Shown piece by piece: positions 62,237 through 64,000 of a DNA stretch of 64,000 nucleotides. The position numbers and the translations under genes are program-made. How positions within the stretch are numbered: position 1 is the first letter of the stretch; each line of letters starts with the position of its first letter. Source of the DNA: Chara braunii (lineage: Eukaryota > Plantae > Charophyceae). The notes below the pieces were generated by a model. It was given only the letters and a program-made list of their open reading frames with translations. It had not been told where the DNA came from and searched no databases. The stretch lies in the NCBI GenBank assembly GCA_003427395.1, contig BFEA01000006.1, positions 7,919,382 to 7,983,381 of the forward strand. Direction: 5' to 3'.

Positions 62237-64000
62237 TGTCGGTGCGAATACCCTTACAAGGGTATCCGCCCTGTTTTTTTTGCAAACGACAGAAAATAAG
62301 TTTGGCTTAAAGCTTAAGTATACCGCGCGAGCCGCGGCGGCATCTGTGATTTACGTTGACCGGATGGTTGACTAGAATAAAGAGTGTGTGGGCGGGCGGA
62401 TATGAGGCGCGCGTGACCCTTTTATTTTGTTGATTATTGAAAAGTCAGTGTGATCGCCGACCGGATTTATTCCTGATTAAACTAGGATTAAAGAGGTTTT
62501 GCTCTCTGATTGGTACGTTTACCTGTGACCTGCGCATGCATATGGAGGACGACGTCGACGACGGCATGATCCGGTATAGTCGCGCGGTGGGCGTAGAGGT
62601 TGGCGGTTGACAGTTCGGTCTATAGGCCGATGTGTGGGGTTAGAACGTTTCGGTAGATTGGCGCGTCGCGCAGTGTCTATTTATTTAGGCTTCCATCAAA
62701 GCTAGACCCAGCTTTGGGCCTAGCGCTATTGGCTACAGCGTCGGACTTCCACCAGGGAGGTCTAGGGATCGAGACCAGCCAGCGACGACATATGAGTATC
62801 GGACAGGCGAGGAGGAGCCTAGGGGTTGAGTGCCCGACGGGGCTATTCCCATTGGGTTGTCATCGACGGCGTCAGAATGGTGTTAGTGTTTTTTTTTTTT
62901 TTATTTGTCATATTCTGACGACTAATAGCTCCTAAACAATTTTCATTTTTATTTTTATTATCATTTTATTGTAACGCTGGATTTAGAGGCCGCCATGGCA
63001 GTCGAGGACCTTAAGCGCGCGCCTCCTATGATTGACCTACAGGATTCCGTGTGTTCGAAACACCGGCGAAGTTTCTCTACTAGGGTTGTTTTGAAAACGT
63101 GGACCGAGGAGTTCAACGTGCATGCGGGCCATGGCTGATCGGCCCGCTAGGCGGAAGAAAAAACTTGAGTGGCGAGGGTTGCCGCGGATGCACTATCTGC
63201 CGGCCAAGGTCTGTCGTGAGAGGGTTGAGAGTGAGCATGGCTTGTGGGACCCGGTAGGTGGTGGGTCGTACCTAGGCGCAGTAAATACAGCGTATCGGGG
63301 CGAGGACCGCAAACTGTCGCGGCCACTCGCGGGAAAAGCCCCCCCCACTTTGGCCCTCTAAGTCCGCTTTTGAATATTTGCTACTACCACCAAGGCTCAG
63401 CGCCAGGGCCTGCAGTACCTAAGACCATGCTACGGGCTTGCAGCCCGCGCCTCCGGACTGTAGCCGCTGTCAGGGTGAGCCGCCCGTTGGGAACCCGAAA
63501 GAGGAAGGCGGCCCTGCTTGGGCAGGGCGCCTGGAGGCACCGCGAAGGCTGGTGTGCTGCTGCTGGGTGCGGGCCGCCCGTCGGACTTGGGTATAGCAGC
63601 GAAAGACTGATCCGACTGCCCTATAGCTGGCTCTCCCCGGAGTCTTTCCCAGTGCTGGCCGGAGAAGTAGAAAAGTTCGTTGCGCCAAGGTACTGGCGGG
63701 CTGGCAGTGGAGGCCAGAGGGGACGATGCGAAGCGCTATCGGAAGATGCATGCGGGGAGGGACTGCGCTGGTAGTAAGGAGTGGCAAGGCACCGAGCAGC
63801 GACGGGCGCTAGGCGAACCAAACGAGCGCTGAGCCAAAGCAGTGGGACTGGCCAGGCAAGAGCGCTAGGTAGCACTAAGTCGGCGAAGCATTAAGCAGCA
63901 GTGGGCCGATCGCAAAGGCAGTGAGCCGAGCGACAAAGTAGGCCGAGCGGCATATAGCGGAGCGGGGAGCATGAGTTTGTGGGGGATGAACCTGGGCGCC
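62237..64000 (+). repeat. 3' LTR (partial, truncated by window)
   Basis: Colinear, highly similar copy of 49101-~50856. Confidence 0.92.

Larger units (their letters stand above)
49101..64000 (+). mobile_element. Non-autonomous (gag-only) LTR retrotransposon, extends beyond window
   Basis: Direct repeat starting TGTCGGTGCGAATACCC at 49101 and 62237; degenerate tRNA-Asp PBS at 56448; decayed gag at 59.1-60.05 kb; no RT/RH/IN motifs seen. Confidence 0.85.

Overview
Eukaryotic, repeat-dense window with assembly gaps. It is most likely plant/green-algal; the retroelement style and the WD40-kinase gene suggest a charophyte such as Chara, which is inference only. Layout: (1) a decayed + strand Ty3/gypsy chromovirus (~1.3-31.3 kb) split by three later insertions: a 21.2 kb minus-strand Ty3/gypsy element (3289-24526, tRNA-Asp PBS), an AT-rich MITE and a hAT element with an 8 bp TSD; (2) one intact single-exon host gene (32315-34555) fusing a beta'-COP-like WD40 propeller, a coiled coil and an RLK/Pelle-type pseudokinase; (3) a further minus-strand gypsy element (~40.4-48 kb); (4) a gag-only non-autonomous LTR element with an apparent ~7.3 kb LTR (49101 to beyond the window end). 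Most striking: the nested element carries, between its PBS and gag, an operon-like ~5 kb cassette of about nine same-strand ORFs, mostly from two uncharacterised paralogous families, joined by ATGA or stop-(G)n-ATG junctions. The LTRs of the last element contain a tRNA-like Pol III promoter segment and an antisense fragment resembling LSU (25S/28S) rRNA.
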